Source: Dromaius novaehollandiae (taxonomy: Eukaryota). From it: 64,000 bases of DNA. Of this stretch, positions 10,120 through 21,300 are shown piece by piece. Where the stretch lies: the NCBI RefSeq assembly GCF_036370855.1, contig NC_088128.1:292899-356898 (forward strand), read 5' to 3'. A program made the translations under genes and the position numbers. The notes under the pieces were generated by a model that ran no database searches, was not told the origin of the DNA, and worked only from the letters and a program-made list of their open reading frames with translations. Positions within the stretch are counted from its first letter, which is position 1; each line of letters begins with the position of its first letter.

Positions 10120-12250
10120 CAGGCGGCGGGTCAGGGTGGGGACGGTGACACGGTGACACCGTGACCGGGGACACACCAACCAAAGTCACACCAAGTCGGG
10201 GGGACACCAACCGGGGGGGACACAGAAGGGGGACGACAGCAGTTCGGGTGACCCGGAGCCGGGTGATGCCGGGGAACAGGGTGACACACAGGTAGGGTGA
10301 CGCTGGGGAGGTGTTGCGGGGTGCCGGGGTGACAGGAGCAGGTGGGTGATGCTTGTAGGGAAGTGACGTTGGGACGGTGACACCACATGCAGGGTACGGA
10401 GCTGGGGGGTGACACCGGAGGGGAGGACACCGAGCAGGCGGGTGACACTGGCAGGGGGGAACCACAGAGCAGGTTGGTGACACCGCGAAAGGGTGACAAG
10501 GAGCAGCAGGGTGACACCAGGGTGGTGACACTGACAGGAGGCTACAGAGCCAGCGAGAGACACCGGGGGAGACACGGAGCAGCAGGGTGACACGGGGGGG
10601 GAGGACACAGAGCGGGTGACACCAAGCGGGCGACACCGCGAAAAGGTGACAAGGAGCAGCGGAGTGACGCTGCAGGGGTGACACCACCGGAATACAGAGC
10701 AGGAGGGTGACACTGGAGGAGACACACAGCAGGAAGGTGACACTGGGGGGAGGACACAGAGAGGGGGGTGACACTGGGCAAGTGACACTGTGAAAGGGTG
10801 ACACAAAGCAGTGGGCTGACACCATAGGGGTGACACCATGGGAACACACAGCGGGAAGGTGACACTGGGGGAAAACAGAGCAGGTAGGTGACACCGGGAG
10901 GATGATGGGGAGCAAATGGGTGACACTGGACAGGTGACACAGAATGGCAGGGTGATGCCAGGGCAGTGACACCATGAAAGGGTGACAGGGAGCAGCAGAA
11001 TGACACCATGGGGTGACACCAGGGGGGTGCAGTGCTGGGTAGTGACACCAGGGACAGGACACCAGGTGGGCAGGTGACACCCAGCGAGTGACACCAGGCA
11101 GGTGACACCGGGCGGCCAGGTGACACCGTGAAAGGGTGACAGGAAGCAGCACAATGACAGCATAGAGATGACACCAGGGCGGTGCAGTGCAGGGTGGTGA
11201 CACCGGAGACAGGACACCAGGTAGGCAGGTGATACCGGGCAGCAGGTGACACTAGGTGGGTGACACCAGGTGAATGGGTGACACCAGGCAGCCGGGTGAC
11301 ACTGCAAAAGGGTGACACAGAGCAGCAAAGCGACACCATAGGGATGACAGTGGGGGGATGCAGCACCAGGTGGTAACACCAGAGAGAGAACACTAGGTGG
11401 GCGGGTGACACCCAGCGAGTGACACCAGGCAGGTGACACCGGGCGGCCAGGTGACACCGTGAAAGGGTGACAGGAAGCAGCAGAATGACAGCATGGAGAT
11501 GACACCAGGGTGGTGCAGTGGTGGGTAGTGACACCGGGGACAGGACACCAGACAGGTGGGTGACACCAGGCAGCAGGTGACACCAGGTAGGTGACACCAG
11601 GCAAGCGGGTGACACCGGGCGGCCAGCTGACACTGCGAAAGGGTGACAGGCAGCAGCAGAACACCACCATAGGGGCGACACCAGGGGGTGTAGTGCTAGG
11701 CGGTAATATCAGAGACAGGACACCAGACGGCAGGGTGACACCGGGCGGGAGGTGACACCAAGCAAGCGGGTGACACCGGGTGGCTGGGTGACACCATGAA
11801 AGGGTGTCAGGGAGCAGCAGAGCAACACTATGAGGTGGTACCAGGGGGATGCAGCATTGGGCAGTAACACTGGGGACAGGACACCAGGCGGGTGGGTGAC
11901 ACCCAGGGAGTGACACCCATCAAGTAGGTGACACCGGGCAGCCGGGTGACACTGTGAAAGGGTGACAGGGAGCAGCACAGCAACACCATAGGGGCGACAT
12001 GAGGAGGAGGCAGTGCTGGGTGGTAACACCAGGGACAGGACACCAGGTGGGCGGGTGACACCCAGCAAGTGACACCAGATGAGCGGGTGACACTGTGTGT
12101 CCGGGTGACACTGCAAAAGGGTGACACGGAGCAGCAGAGCAACAGCATAAGGATGACGCTGGGGGGACGCAGCACCGGGTGGTAACACCAGGGCCATGAC
12201 GCTAGCTAGGCGGGTGACACCGGGCGGGAGGTGCCACCGAGCGGGTGACG
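10120..12250. repeat. Array of ggtgacacc-based units of about 24 bp with higher-order structure
   Basis: Units such as ggtgacaccgggcggccaggtgacaccgtgaaagggtgacaggaagcagcag repeat throughout. The array is G-rich on the plus strand. Confidence 0.8.
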
Positions 12251-12283
12251 CGGGGCGTCCGGGTGACGCGGGGCGACACTCAC

Positions 12284-12389
12284 CGTGGCGGCGGCGGGCG
12301 GCGGAGCCGTGGCGGCGCTGCCGGGGCGTCCAGGGCCGGCGGGGGCGGCGCGGCGGCGGGGGCGGCGGCGGCGGCGAGCGGGCGGGCGG
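12284..12389 (-). CDS. SRCAP: Candidate additional SRCAP coding exon, required to keep the reading frame
   Basis: The exon at 12476 ends in phase 0, while the exon at 10109 needs one nucleotide carried in, so an intervening exon is required. This segment has a strong donor CACG|gtgagtgt at 12283 and an acceptor cccccccttcccggcag at 12390. It is 106 nt, with a phase-0 start and a +1 end. It encodes PPARSPPPPPPPPRRPRRPWTPRQRRHGSAARRRH(A). That composition does not resemble the human acidic, Ser-rich linker. Confidence 0.4.
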
Positions 12390-12475
12390 CTGCCGGGAAG
12401 GGGGGGAGGGCGGCGGGGTGAGCCGGGGCGGCACCCACGGGTGCGGGTGACGCGCACAGGCGCGCGCGGGGGTAC

Positions 12476-12651
12476 CTGGGGGGGCCGGGCCAGCAGCTGG
12501 GGGGGCAGCAGCTCCTCGAGGGGCAGCTGGCCCTCGCGCTTGAGCAGCTCCAGCTCGCGGCGGCGGCTCTCGCGGTCGTTGCCCTCCTGCCGCTCCTCCG
12601 CCTCGATCGTGGCCTCGTCGTCCGACTCCTCGTGCGGCTGGAAGTCGCCGT
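12476..12651 (-). CDS. SRCAP: SRCAP coding exon
   Basis: Translation is (D)GDFQPHEESDDEATIEAEERQEGNDRESRRRELELLKREGQLPLEELLPPQLLARPPQ. It matches human DGDFQPQEDEEEDDEETIEVEEQQEGNDAEAQRREIELLRREGELPLEELLRSLPPQLLEG. Acceptor is gcgcag and donor is CAG|gtaccc. Confidence 0.85.
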
Positions 12652-12654
12652 CTG

Positions 12655-14035
12655 CGCCCCGGCGCCCGTGGGTGCCCCCGTTGGCGCCCCCCCCAGCACC
12701 CATGGGTGCCCCCCAGGACCCCCCCGGGGCTGGGGGAGCTCCCCTGCTCCCCCTGGTGCCCCACAGTGTCCCCACAGCCCCCCCACAGCACCCACGTACC
12801 CCCCATAGATGCTCCCATGGTGCTCTTCCTGCCCCCCCAGCACCCATGGGTGCCCCCAGGACCCCCCCAGGGCTGGGGGAGCTCCCCTGCTCCCCCTGGT
12901 GCCCCACAGTGTCCCCACAGCCCCCCCACAGCACCCACGTACCCCCCACAGCACCCATAGATGCTCCCACAGCACCCATCCTGCCCCTCAGCACCCATGG
13001 GTGCCCCCCATGACCCCCCCGGGGCTGGGGGAGCTCCCCTGCTCCCTCTCGTGCCCCATAGCGTCCTCACAGCCCCCCCAGAGCACCCACGTACCCCCCA
13101 CAGCACCCATAGATGCTCCCACAGCACCCATCCTGCCCCTCAGCACCCATGGGTGCCCCCCAGGACCCCCCCGGGGCTGAGGGAGCTCCCCTGCTCCCTC
13201 TCGTGCCCCATAGTGTCCCCACAGCCCCCCCACAGCCCCCCCACAGCACCCACGTACCCCCCACAGCACCCATAGATGCTCCCATGGTGCTTCTCCTGCC
13301 CCCCAGCACCCACGGGTGCCCCCACGGCCCCCCCCCCAGGGTTGTGGGAGCTCCCCTGCTCCCCCCGGTGCCCCATAGCGTTCTTGCAGCCCCCCCAGAG
13401 CACCCACGTACCCCCCCACAGATGCTCCCACAGTGCCTCTTCTGCCCCCCCGCACCCATGGGTGCCCCCAGGACCCCCCCAGGGCTGGGGGAGCTCCCAT
13501 GGCCCCCCCCGGTGCCCCACAGTAACCCCATGTCTCCCCATAGCACCCACAGATGCTCCCACTGCCCCCCCCAGCACCCATGGGTGGCCCCCAGGGCCGT
13601 GAGAGCTCCCAAGCCCCCTCCGAGCACCCCGTAGTGCCTCCGTATTCCCCCCATAGCACCTCCTAGCCCCCCCAGCACTATGGGAGCTCCCTAACCCCCC
13701 CCAGGCCCCCATAGCCCCCTCAGCACCCATAGGTGCCCCCCAGCCCCTTGTAGCACCCTCATATTTCCCCCATAACACCTCATAGCCCCCCAACCCCCCA
13801 CAGGTGCCCCCCCAGCCCCCTGTAGCACCCCTATATCCCCCCATAGCACCTTGTAGCTGCCCCCAGCACCTGTGGGTGCCCCCCCAGTGCCCCCATATCC
13901 CCCCCATAGCACCTCATAGCCCCCCCCCAGCACCCACGGGTGCCTCTCCAGGGCCGTGCGAGCTCCCCAGCCCCCCGCAGCACCCCCAGATCCCCTGGCG
14001 GGCACCCCCCGGGTGCCCCCCCGCAGGCAGCGGGC
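12655..14035. repeat. Tandem array with a unit of about 150 bp (agcacccatgggtgcccccc...gggctgggggagctcccctgctccc...)
   Basis: agcacccatgggtgcccc recurs at about 12841, 12995, 13146, 13453 and further on. Confidence 0.85.
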
Positions 14036-14042
14036 GCCCCAC

Positions 14043-14211
14043 CTTCGTCGTCGGGCCGGGGGGGCCGCCCGGGGGGGGCGCGGGGGGCGTTGAGGCTGCG
14101 GCTCAGCAGGTCCGAGTACTTCTCGGTCTGGCCCACGATGAAGTCGAGCTGCAGGTCCAGCGCCTTCTTCCGCTGCTCCTCCAGCCGCGACTGCTGCTTG
14201 AACTGCACCAC
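14043..14211 (-). CDS. SRCAP: SRCAP coding exon (post-HSA region)
   Basis: Translation is VVQFKQQSRLEEQRKKALDLQLDFIVGQTEKYSDLLSRSLNAPRAPPGRPPRPDDE(D). It matches human VVQFKQQSRLEEKRKKALDLHLDFIVGQTEKYSDLLSQSLNQP. Acceptor is cggcgcag and donor is G|gtgggg. Confidence 0.9.
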
Positions 14212-14289
14212 CTGCGCCGGGGCGGGGCGGGGGGGGGACAGGCGGCTAGCCAACGGCCCCCCCCGCTAGCCACAGGGCCCCCCCGCTAG

Positions 14290-15950
14290 CCAGCGGCCCC
14301 CCTCACTAGCCACTGCCCCCCCTGCGCGAGCCCTGGCGTCACCCAGGCGTCACCCGGCTATGACATGGAGTCTGGGGGGGGGGGAAGGGGGGGCTTGGTA
14401 GCCACCCGGGGGGGTTTGGTGGTCACCCGGGGGGGCTGTAGCCACCCGGGGGTGTTTGGTAGCCACTTAGGGGTGTTTGGTGGTCACCCAGGGGGGTTGT
14501 AGCCACTTCAGGGGGTTTAGTAGCCATTTGGGGGTGGTTGGTGGTCACCCAGGGGGGCGGTTGTAGCCACCTGCGGGTGTTTGGTGGTCACCCACAGGGG
14601 GGTTGTAGCTACTTGGGGGGGTTTGGTGGTCACCCGGGGGCAGTTGTAGCCACTTGGGGGTGGTTGGTGGTCACCTGGGGGGGGTTGTAGCCACTTGGAG
14701 GGATTTGGTGGTCACCCGGGGGGGGGTTGTAGCCACTTGGGGGTGGTTGGTGGTCACCCAGGAGCGGTTGTAGCCACTTGGGGGTGTTCGGTGGTCACCA
14801 CAGGGGTGTTGTAGCCACTTGGGTGGGTTTGGTGGTCACCCAGGGGAGGTTGTAGCCACTTGGGGGGGTTTGGTGGTCACCCAGGGGGGCAGTTGTAGCC
14901 ACCTGGGGGTGTTTGGTGGTCACCCACAGGGGGGTTGTAGCTATTTGGGGGGGGTTGGTGGTCACCCAGGGGGGGTTGTAGCCACTTGGGTGGGTTTGGT
15001 AGCCATTTAGGGGTGTTTGGTGGTCACCCGGGGGCGGTTGTAGCCACTTGGGGGTGGTTGGTGGTCACCCGGGGGGGGTTGTAGCCACTTGGAGGGGTTT
15101 GGTGGTCACCCGGGGGGGGGTTGTAGCCACTTGGGGGTGGTTGGTGGTCACCCAGGAGCGGTTGTAGCCACTTGGGGGTGGTTGGTGGTCACCCAGGAGT
15201 GGTTGTAGCCACTTAGGTGTGTTCGGTGGTCACCACAGGGGTGTTGTAGCCACTTGGGGGTGGTTGGTGGTCACCCAGGAGCAGTTGTAGCCACTCGGGG
15301 GTGGCTGGTGGTCACCCAGGGGGGTTGTAGCCACCCAGGGGTGTTTGGTGGTCACCCAGGGGGGTTGTAGCCACTTGGGGGTGGTTGGTGGTCACCCAGG
15401 AGCGGTTGTAGCCACTCGGGGGTGGCTGGTGGTCACCCAGGGGGGTTGTAGCCACCCAGGGGTGTTTGGTGGTCACCCAGGGGGGTTGTAGCCACTTGGG
15501 GGGGGTTGGTGGTCACCCAGGAGCGGTTGTAGCCACTCGGGGGTGTTCGGTGGTCACCCACAGGGGGGTTGTAGCCACCCAGGGGTGTTTGGTGGTCACT
15601 CAGGGGGGTTGTAGCCACTTGGGTGGGTTTGGTGGTCACCCAGGAGCGGTTGTAGCCACTCGGGGGTGTTCGGTGGTCACCCACAGGGGGGTTGTAGCCA
15701 CTTGGGGGGGTTTGGTGGTCACCCAGAGGGTCGGTAACCACCCCTGGGTATCACTAGCCACCCTTGGGTGCCCAGTGGCCACCCCTGGGTGTCACTAGCC
15801 ACCCCTGGGTGCTCAGTAGCCACCCAGGGGGTTGGTAGCCACCCTTGGGTGTCGCTAGCCACCCTTGGGTGCTTGGTAGCCGCCCCTGGGTGTCACTAGC
15901 CACCCTGGGGTGTCACTAGCCACCCTTGGGTGCTCGGTAGCCACCCGGGT
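14290..15950. repeat. Minisatellite with a unit of about 38-40 bp (ggttgtagccacttgggggtggttggtggtcaccca), changing to gtcactagccacccttgggtgc after 15720
   Basis: More than 35 copies are visible. The array is G-rich on the plus strand. Confidence 0.85.
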
Positions 15951-16106
15951 CCAGCAGAACCGGGAAGGGCGGTGAGGCGGGAGAGACGCCAAGCAGGGCG
16001 ACGCAGCGCGCCGGGGCCCGTAACCGCGTGGGGGGGCCGGTAGCCACCCTAGGGTGCCGGTAGCCACCCGTGGGTGCCCGGTAGCCACCCGTGGGTGCCC
16101 GGGCAC

Positions 16107-16247
16107 CTTCTCCACGTTGCTCCAGAAGTGCTTGACCTCGCGGGCGATGGAGGCGGCGACGCGGCGCAGCTTGGCCTGCTCCTCGCGCTTGGCCCGCTCC
16201 TCCCGCTGCCGCTGCTCCTCGTGGTGCCGCAGCACCATGCGCACCAC
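16107..16247 (-). CDS. SRCAP: SRCAP coding exon (HSA domain)
   Basis: Translation is VVRMVLRHHEEQRQREERAKREEQAKLRRVAASIAREVKHFWSNVEK. It matches human VVRMVIRHHEEQRQKEERARREEQAKLRRIASTMAKDVRQFWSNVEK. Acceptor is ccccgcag and donor is AAG|gtgccc. Confidence 0.9.
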
Positions 16248-16259
16248 CTGCGGGGGCAC

Positions 16260-18170
16260 CCAGGGGTGGGGGGGGCACCCAGGGGTGGGGGGGGCACCCA
16301 CGGGTCAGGGGGGGCACCCACGGGTCGGGGGGGCACCCACGGGGTGGCACCTACTCGGGGGCAGCTGGCGTGGGGGACTTGAGCAATGGGCACCTGATGG
16401 GGGGCAGGTGGGGGCACCCGTTGGGGCACCCATGGGTGGGGGGACCCCTGTGCTGCCCCCCCCAGCACCCAAACACGCCCCCCTGCACCCAAATTTGGCC
16501 CTTGATGCCCCTCGGCACCCCACTTAGCTCCCAGCACCTCCCAGCGCCCTCGCTTGGCCCCCCAGCACCCAAACTCACCCCCCCAGCACCCAAATTCCCC
16601 CCCCAGTACCCAAATTCCTCCCCCAGCACCCAAATTTGCCCCCCCAGCACCCAAACTTGCCCCCCCAGCACCCAAATTCCTCCCCCGGTACCCAAATTCC
16701 CCCCCCAGCACCCAAATTCCTCCCCCAGCACCCAAACTTGCCCCCCCAGCACCCAAACTCACCCTCCTGACACCCTTTACCACCCCGACTTGTTGCCCCA
16801 GCACCCAAACTTGCCCTGACACCCCACCACCACCCCAATTTCCCCCCCCCAAAGCCCCCCAGCACCCGAACTTGCCCCCCTGACACCCTGCGCCACCCCA
16901 ACTTGCCCCCCCAGCACCCCAATCTGCCCCCGACACCCTGTACTACCCCAACTCGTCCCCCCAGCACCCAAACTTGCCCCCCGGCACCCTTTACCACCCC
17001 AAATTGCCCCCCAGCACCCCTGAGCACCCAAATTCACCCCCCAGCACCCCAAACTCGCCCCCCCGACACCTTTCACCACCCCAACTTGCCCCCCAGCACC
17101 CCTGTGAGCCCCCAAACTTGCCCCCCAGCACCCCCAACCCCCCCAAACTCACCCCCCAGGCCCCCTCGAGCCCCCCGACTCACCCCCCAGCACCCCTGAG
17201 CCCCCCGACTCGCCCCCCAGGCCCCCCCGAGCCCCCCAACTTGCCCCCCAGGTCCCCCTGAGCCCCCAAACTCACCCCCCAGGCCCCCCAAGCCCCCCAA
17301 ACTCACCCCCCAGGCCCCCATGAGCCCCCAAACTCACCCCCAGCACCCCCCGAGCCCCCCAACTTGCCCCCCAGCCCCCTTGAGCCCCCAAACTCACTCC
17401 CCAGGACCCATGAACCCCCCAAACTTGACCCCAGCCCCCCCAAACTCAGCCCCAGGACCCGCAAACCCCCCAAACTTGCCCCCCAGCCCCCCCAAACCCC
17501 CCAAACTCACCCCCCAGCCCCAAAACTCACCCCCCACGACCTGCGAACCCCCCCAAACTTGCCCCCAGCCCCCCCAAACTTGCCCCCAGGACCCCCAAAC
17601 CCCCCAAACTCATCCCCCAACCCCCCCAAATTCGCCCCCAGGACCCACAAACCCCCCAAACTCGCCCCCCAGCCCCCCCAAACTTGCCCCCAGGACCCCC
17701 AAACCCCCCAAACTCATCCCCCAGCCCCCCCAAACTTGCCCCCAGGACCCCCCAACCCCCCCCAACTTGTCCCCCAGCCCCCCCAACTCGCCCCCCAGCC
17801 CCCCCAAACTCGCCCCCACGACCCCCAAACCCCCCAAACTCACCCCCCAGCCCCAAAACTCACCCCCCACGACCTGCGAACCCCCCCAAACTTGCCCCCA
17901 GCCCCCCCAAACTTGCCCCCAGGACCCCCAAACCCCCCAAACTCATCCCCCAACCCCCCCAAACTCGCCCCCAGGACCCACAAACCCCCCAAACTCGCCC
18001 CCCAGCCCCCCCAAACTTGCCCCCAGGACCCCCAAACCCCCCAAACTCATCCCCCAGCCCCCCCAAACTCGCCCCCAGGACCCCCAAACCCCCCCAAACT
18101 CGCCCCCCAGCCCCCCCAACTTGCCCCCCAGCCCCCTCAAACTGACCCCCCGGCCCGGGGCGGGGGGGGC
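16260..18170. repeat. Microsatellite-like array with a unit of about 20-25 bp (ccccccagcacccaaacttgcc / cccccaaactcaccccccagg)
   Basis: The array is strongly C-rich on the plus strand. It generates long Pro-rich pseudo-ORFs. Confidence 0.85.
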
Positions 18171-18177
18171 CACGCAC

Positions 18178-18363
18178 CTTGCGGGCGACGCCGCGCTTCC
18201 AGCGGCGCTCCTGGGCGAAGTCGGCGGCCAGCCACTGCATCTCCTCGCAGAGGTAGTCCCAGTGCACCTTGGGGCGCGCCGGCTCGGGCACCTTGGCCAG
18301 CCGCTTCAGCGACCAGAAGCCCTCGCGCTTCATCTCGGCGATGCGGTGCTCCACCTCGGCCTC
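18178..18363 (-). CDS. SRCAP: SRCAP coding exon (HSA domain)
   Basis: Translation is EAEVEHRIAEMKREGFWSLKRLAKVPEPARPKVHWDYLCEEMQWLAADFAQERRWKRGVARK. It matches human EAEIETRIAELRKEGFWSLKRLPKVPEPPRPKGHWDYLCEEMQWLSADFAQKKRWKRGVARK. Acceptor is gcggcgcag and donor is AAG|gtgcgtg. Confidence 0.9.
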
Positions 18364-18389
18364 CTGCGCCGCCGGCCACAGCGACGTCA

Positions 18390-21300
18390 GGCGCCCCAAA
18401 ATGGCTGACACCCCCCTACCCCCGGCCGAGGAGGGACCTGAAAACGCCCCGAGGTGCCCCAAAATGGCTGACACCCCCCTACTCCGTTGAGGAGGGACCC
18501 AAAAGTGCCCTGAGGTGCCCCAAAATGGCTGACACCCCCCTACCCCGGCCGAAGAGGGACCCGAAAGTGCCCTGAGGGGCCCCGAAATGGCTGACATCCC
18601 CCTACCCCGCTGAGGAGGGACCCGAAAACGCCCCGAGGTGCCCCAAAATGGCTGCCACCCTCCTACCCCGGCCGAAGAGGGACCTGAAAACGCCCCGAGG
18701 TGCCCCAAAATGGCTGCCACCCTCCTACCCTGGCCGAAGAGGGACCTGAAAGTGCCCTGAGGGGCCCCAAAATGGCTGACATCTCCCTACCCCTGCTAAA
18801 GAGGGACCTGAAAGTGCCCTGAGGGGCCCCAAAATGGCTGCCACCCTCCTACCCCACTGAGGAGGGACCCGAAAGTGCCCTGAGGTGCCCCAAAATGGCT
18901 GACACCCCCCTACCCCGGCCGAGGAGGGACCTGAAAGTGCCCTGAGGCGCCCCAAAATGGCTGCCACCCCCCTACCCCGCTGAGGAGGGACCCGAAAGCA
19001 CCCTGAGGCGCCCCAAAATGGCTGCCACCCTCCTACCCCGCTGAGAAGGGACCCGAAAGCGCCCTGAGGCGCCCCAAAATGGCTGCCACCCTCCTACCCC
19101 TGCCGAGGAGGGACCTGAAAACGCCCCGAGGTGCCCCAAAATGGCTGCCACCCTCCTACCCCGGCCGAAGAGGGACCCGAAAGTGCCCTGAGGCGCCCCA
19201 AAATGGCTGCCACCCCCCTACCCCTGTGGAGGAGGGACCCAAAAGTGCCCCAGGGTGCCCCAAAATGGCTGACATCCCCCTACCCCCGCTGAGGAGGGAC
19301 CCGAAAGTGCCCTGAGGCGCCCCAAAATGGCTGACACCCCCCTACCCCTGCCGAGGAGGGACCTGAAAGTGCCCTGAGGGGCCCCAAAATGGCTGACATC
19401 TCCCTACCCCTGCTAAAGAGGGACCTGAAAGTGCCCCGAGGTGCCCCAAAATGGCTGACACCCCTCCTACCCCGGCCGAAGAGGGACCCGAAAGTGCCCT
19501 GAGGTGCCCCAAAATGGCTGACATCCCCCTACCCCTGCTAAAGAGGGACCTGAAAGCGCCCTGAGGTGCCCCAAAATGGCTGCCACCCTCCTACCCCGCT
19601 GAGAAGGGACCAGAAAGCGCCCTGAGGCGCCCCAAAATGGCTGACACCCTCCTACCCCTGCCAAGGAGGGACCTGAAAGCGCCCTGAGGTGCCCCAAAAT
19701 GGCTGCCACCCTCCTACCCCGCTGAGAAGGGACCAGAAAGCGCCCTGAGGGGCCCCGAAATGGCTGACATCTCCCTACCCCCGCTGAGGAGGGACCTGAA
19801 AGCGACCTGAGGTGCCCCAAAATGGCTGCCACCCTCCTACCCCTGCCAAGGAGGGACCCGAAAGCGCCCTGAGGTGCCCCAAAATGGCTGACACCCCCCT
19901 ACCCCGGCCGAAGAGGGACCCAAAAGTGCCCTGAGGGGCCCCAAAATGGCTGCCACCCTCCTACCCCTGCCAAGGAGGGACCCGAAAGTGCCCTGAGGTG
20001 CCCCAAAATGGCTGACACCCTCCCGCTCCTGCCAGGGAGGGACCCCAAACCGCCCTGAGGCGCCCTAAAATGGCTGCCACCCCTCCTACCCTGGCCGAAG
20101 AGGGACCCAAAAGTGCCCTGAGGTGCCCCAAAATGGCTGCCACCCTCCTGCCCCTGCCAAGGAGGGACCCGAAAGTGCCCTGAGGTGCCCCAAAATGGCT
20201 GACACCACCCCCACTGCCCGCCACACGAAGGAGCTCCCCAAAATGGCTGCCACCCCCCCCATGGCAGAGCTGCTGGGAGAAGGGACCCCAAACCGCCCTA
20301 AGGGGCCCCAAAATGGCTGCCACCACCCCCTCCCGCCAAGAAGCGACCCGAAAGCGCCCTGAGGCATCCCAAAATGGCTGCCGCCCTCCCCACTGCCCAC
20401 GCCACCGAGGAGCTGCTGCAGAGAGGGACCCCCAAACTGCCCCAAGGTGCCCCAAAATGGCTGCCACCCCCCTGCCACCCCGCCGCCAAGGAGTGACTTG
20501 AAAGCACCCCGAGGAGCCCAAAAATGGCTGCCACCCCCCCCCACCACCGAGGAGGGACCCGAAAGTGCCCCAAGGTGCCCCAAAATGGTGCCTGCCCCAA
20601 AGAGAAGCGACTTGAAAGTGCCCCACGTTGCCCCAAAATGGCCGCCACCCCCCTCTGCCAAGGGGCGACTCAAAAGTGCCCCCAGGTGCCCCAAAATGGC
20701 TGCCACCCCCCCCGCCTGCCCCACAGAGGAGCTGCAAGCGAAGAGGGACCCCAAACCACCCCGATTCGCCCCAAAATGGTTCCCACCCTCCCCCTCGCTC
20801 GCCCCACAGAGGAGCTGCTGCGGAGAGGGACCCAAAACGGCCCCAAATCACCCCAAAATGTGCTCCCCCCCCCGCCACAGAGGAGCTGCTGGGGAGGGGG
20901 AAGCGCCCTGAGGCGCCCCAAAATGGCGGCCGCCGCCTCACGGGCCGCTCGGCTCCCTCAGCGCAGGGCTCGTCCTGAGGCGAGGAGGGCCCCAAAAGTG
21001 CCCCGATTCACCCCAAAATGGTTCCGATCCCCCCCCCCATCTGCCCCATGGAGGAGCTGCTGCGGAGAGGGACCCAAAACAGCCCCAAATCGCCCCAAAA
21101 TGTGCTCCCCCCACCACAGAGGAGCTGCTGGGGAGGCGGAAGCGCCCTGAGGTGCCCCAAAATGGCGGCCGCCACCTCACGGGCCGCTTGGCTCCCTCAG
21201 AGCGTGGCTCGTCCTGAGGCGAGGAGGGCCCCAAAAGTGCCCCGATTCACCCCAAAATGGTTCCGATCCCCCCCCCATCTGCCCCATGGAGGAGCTGCTG

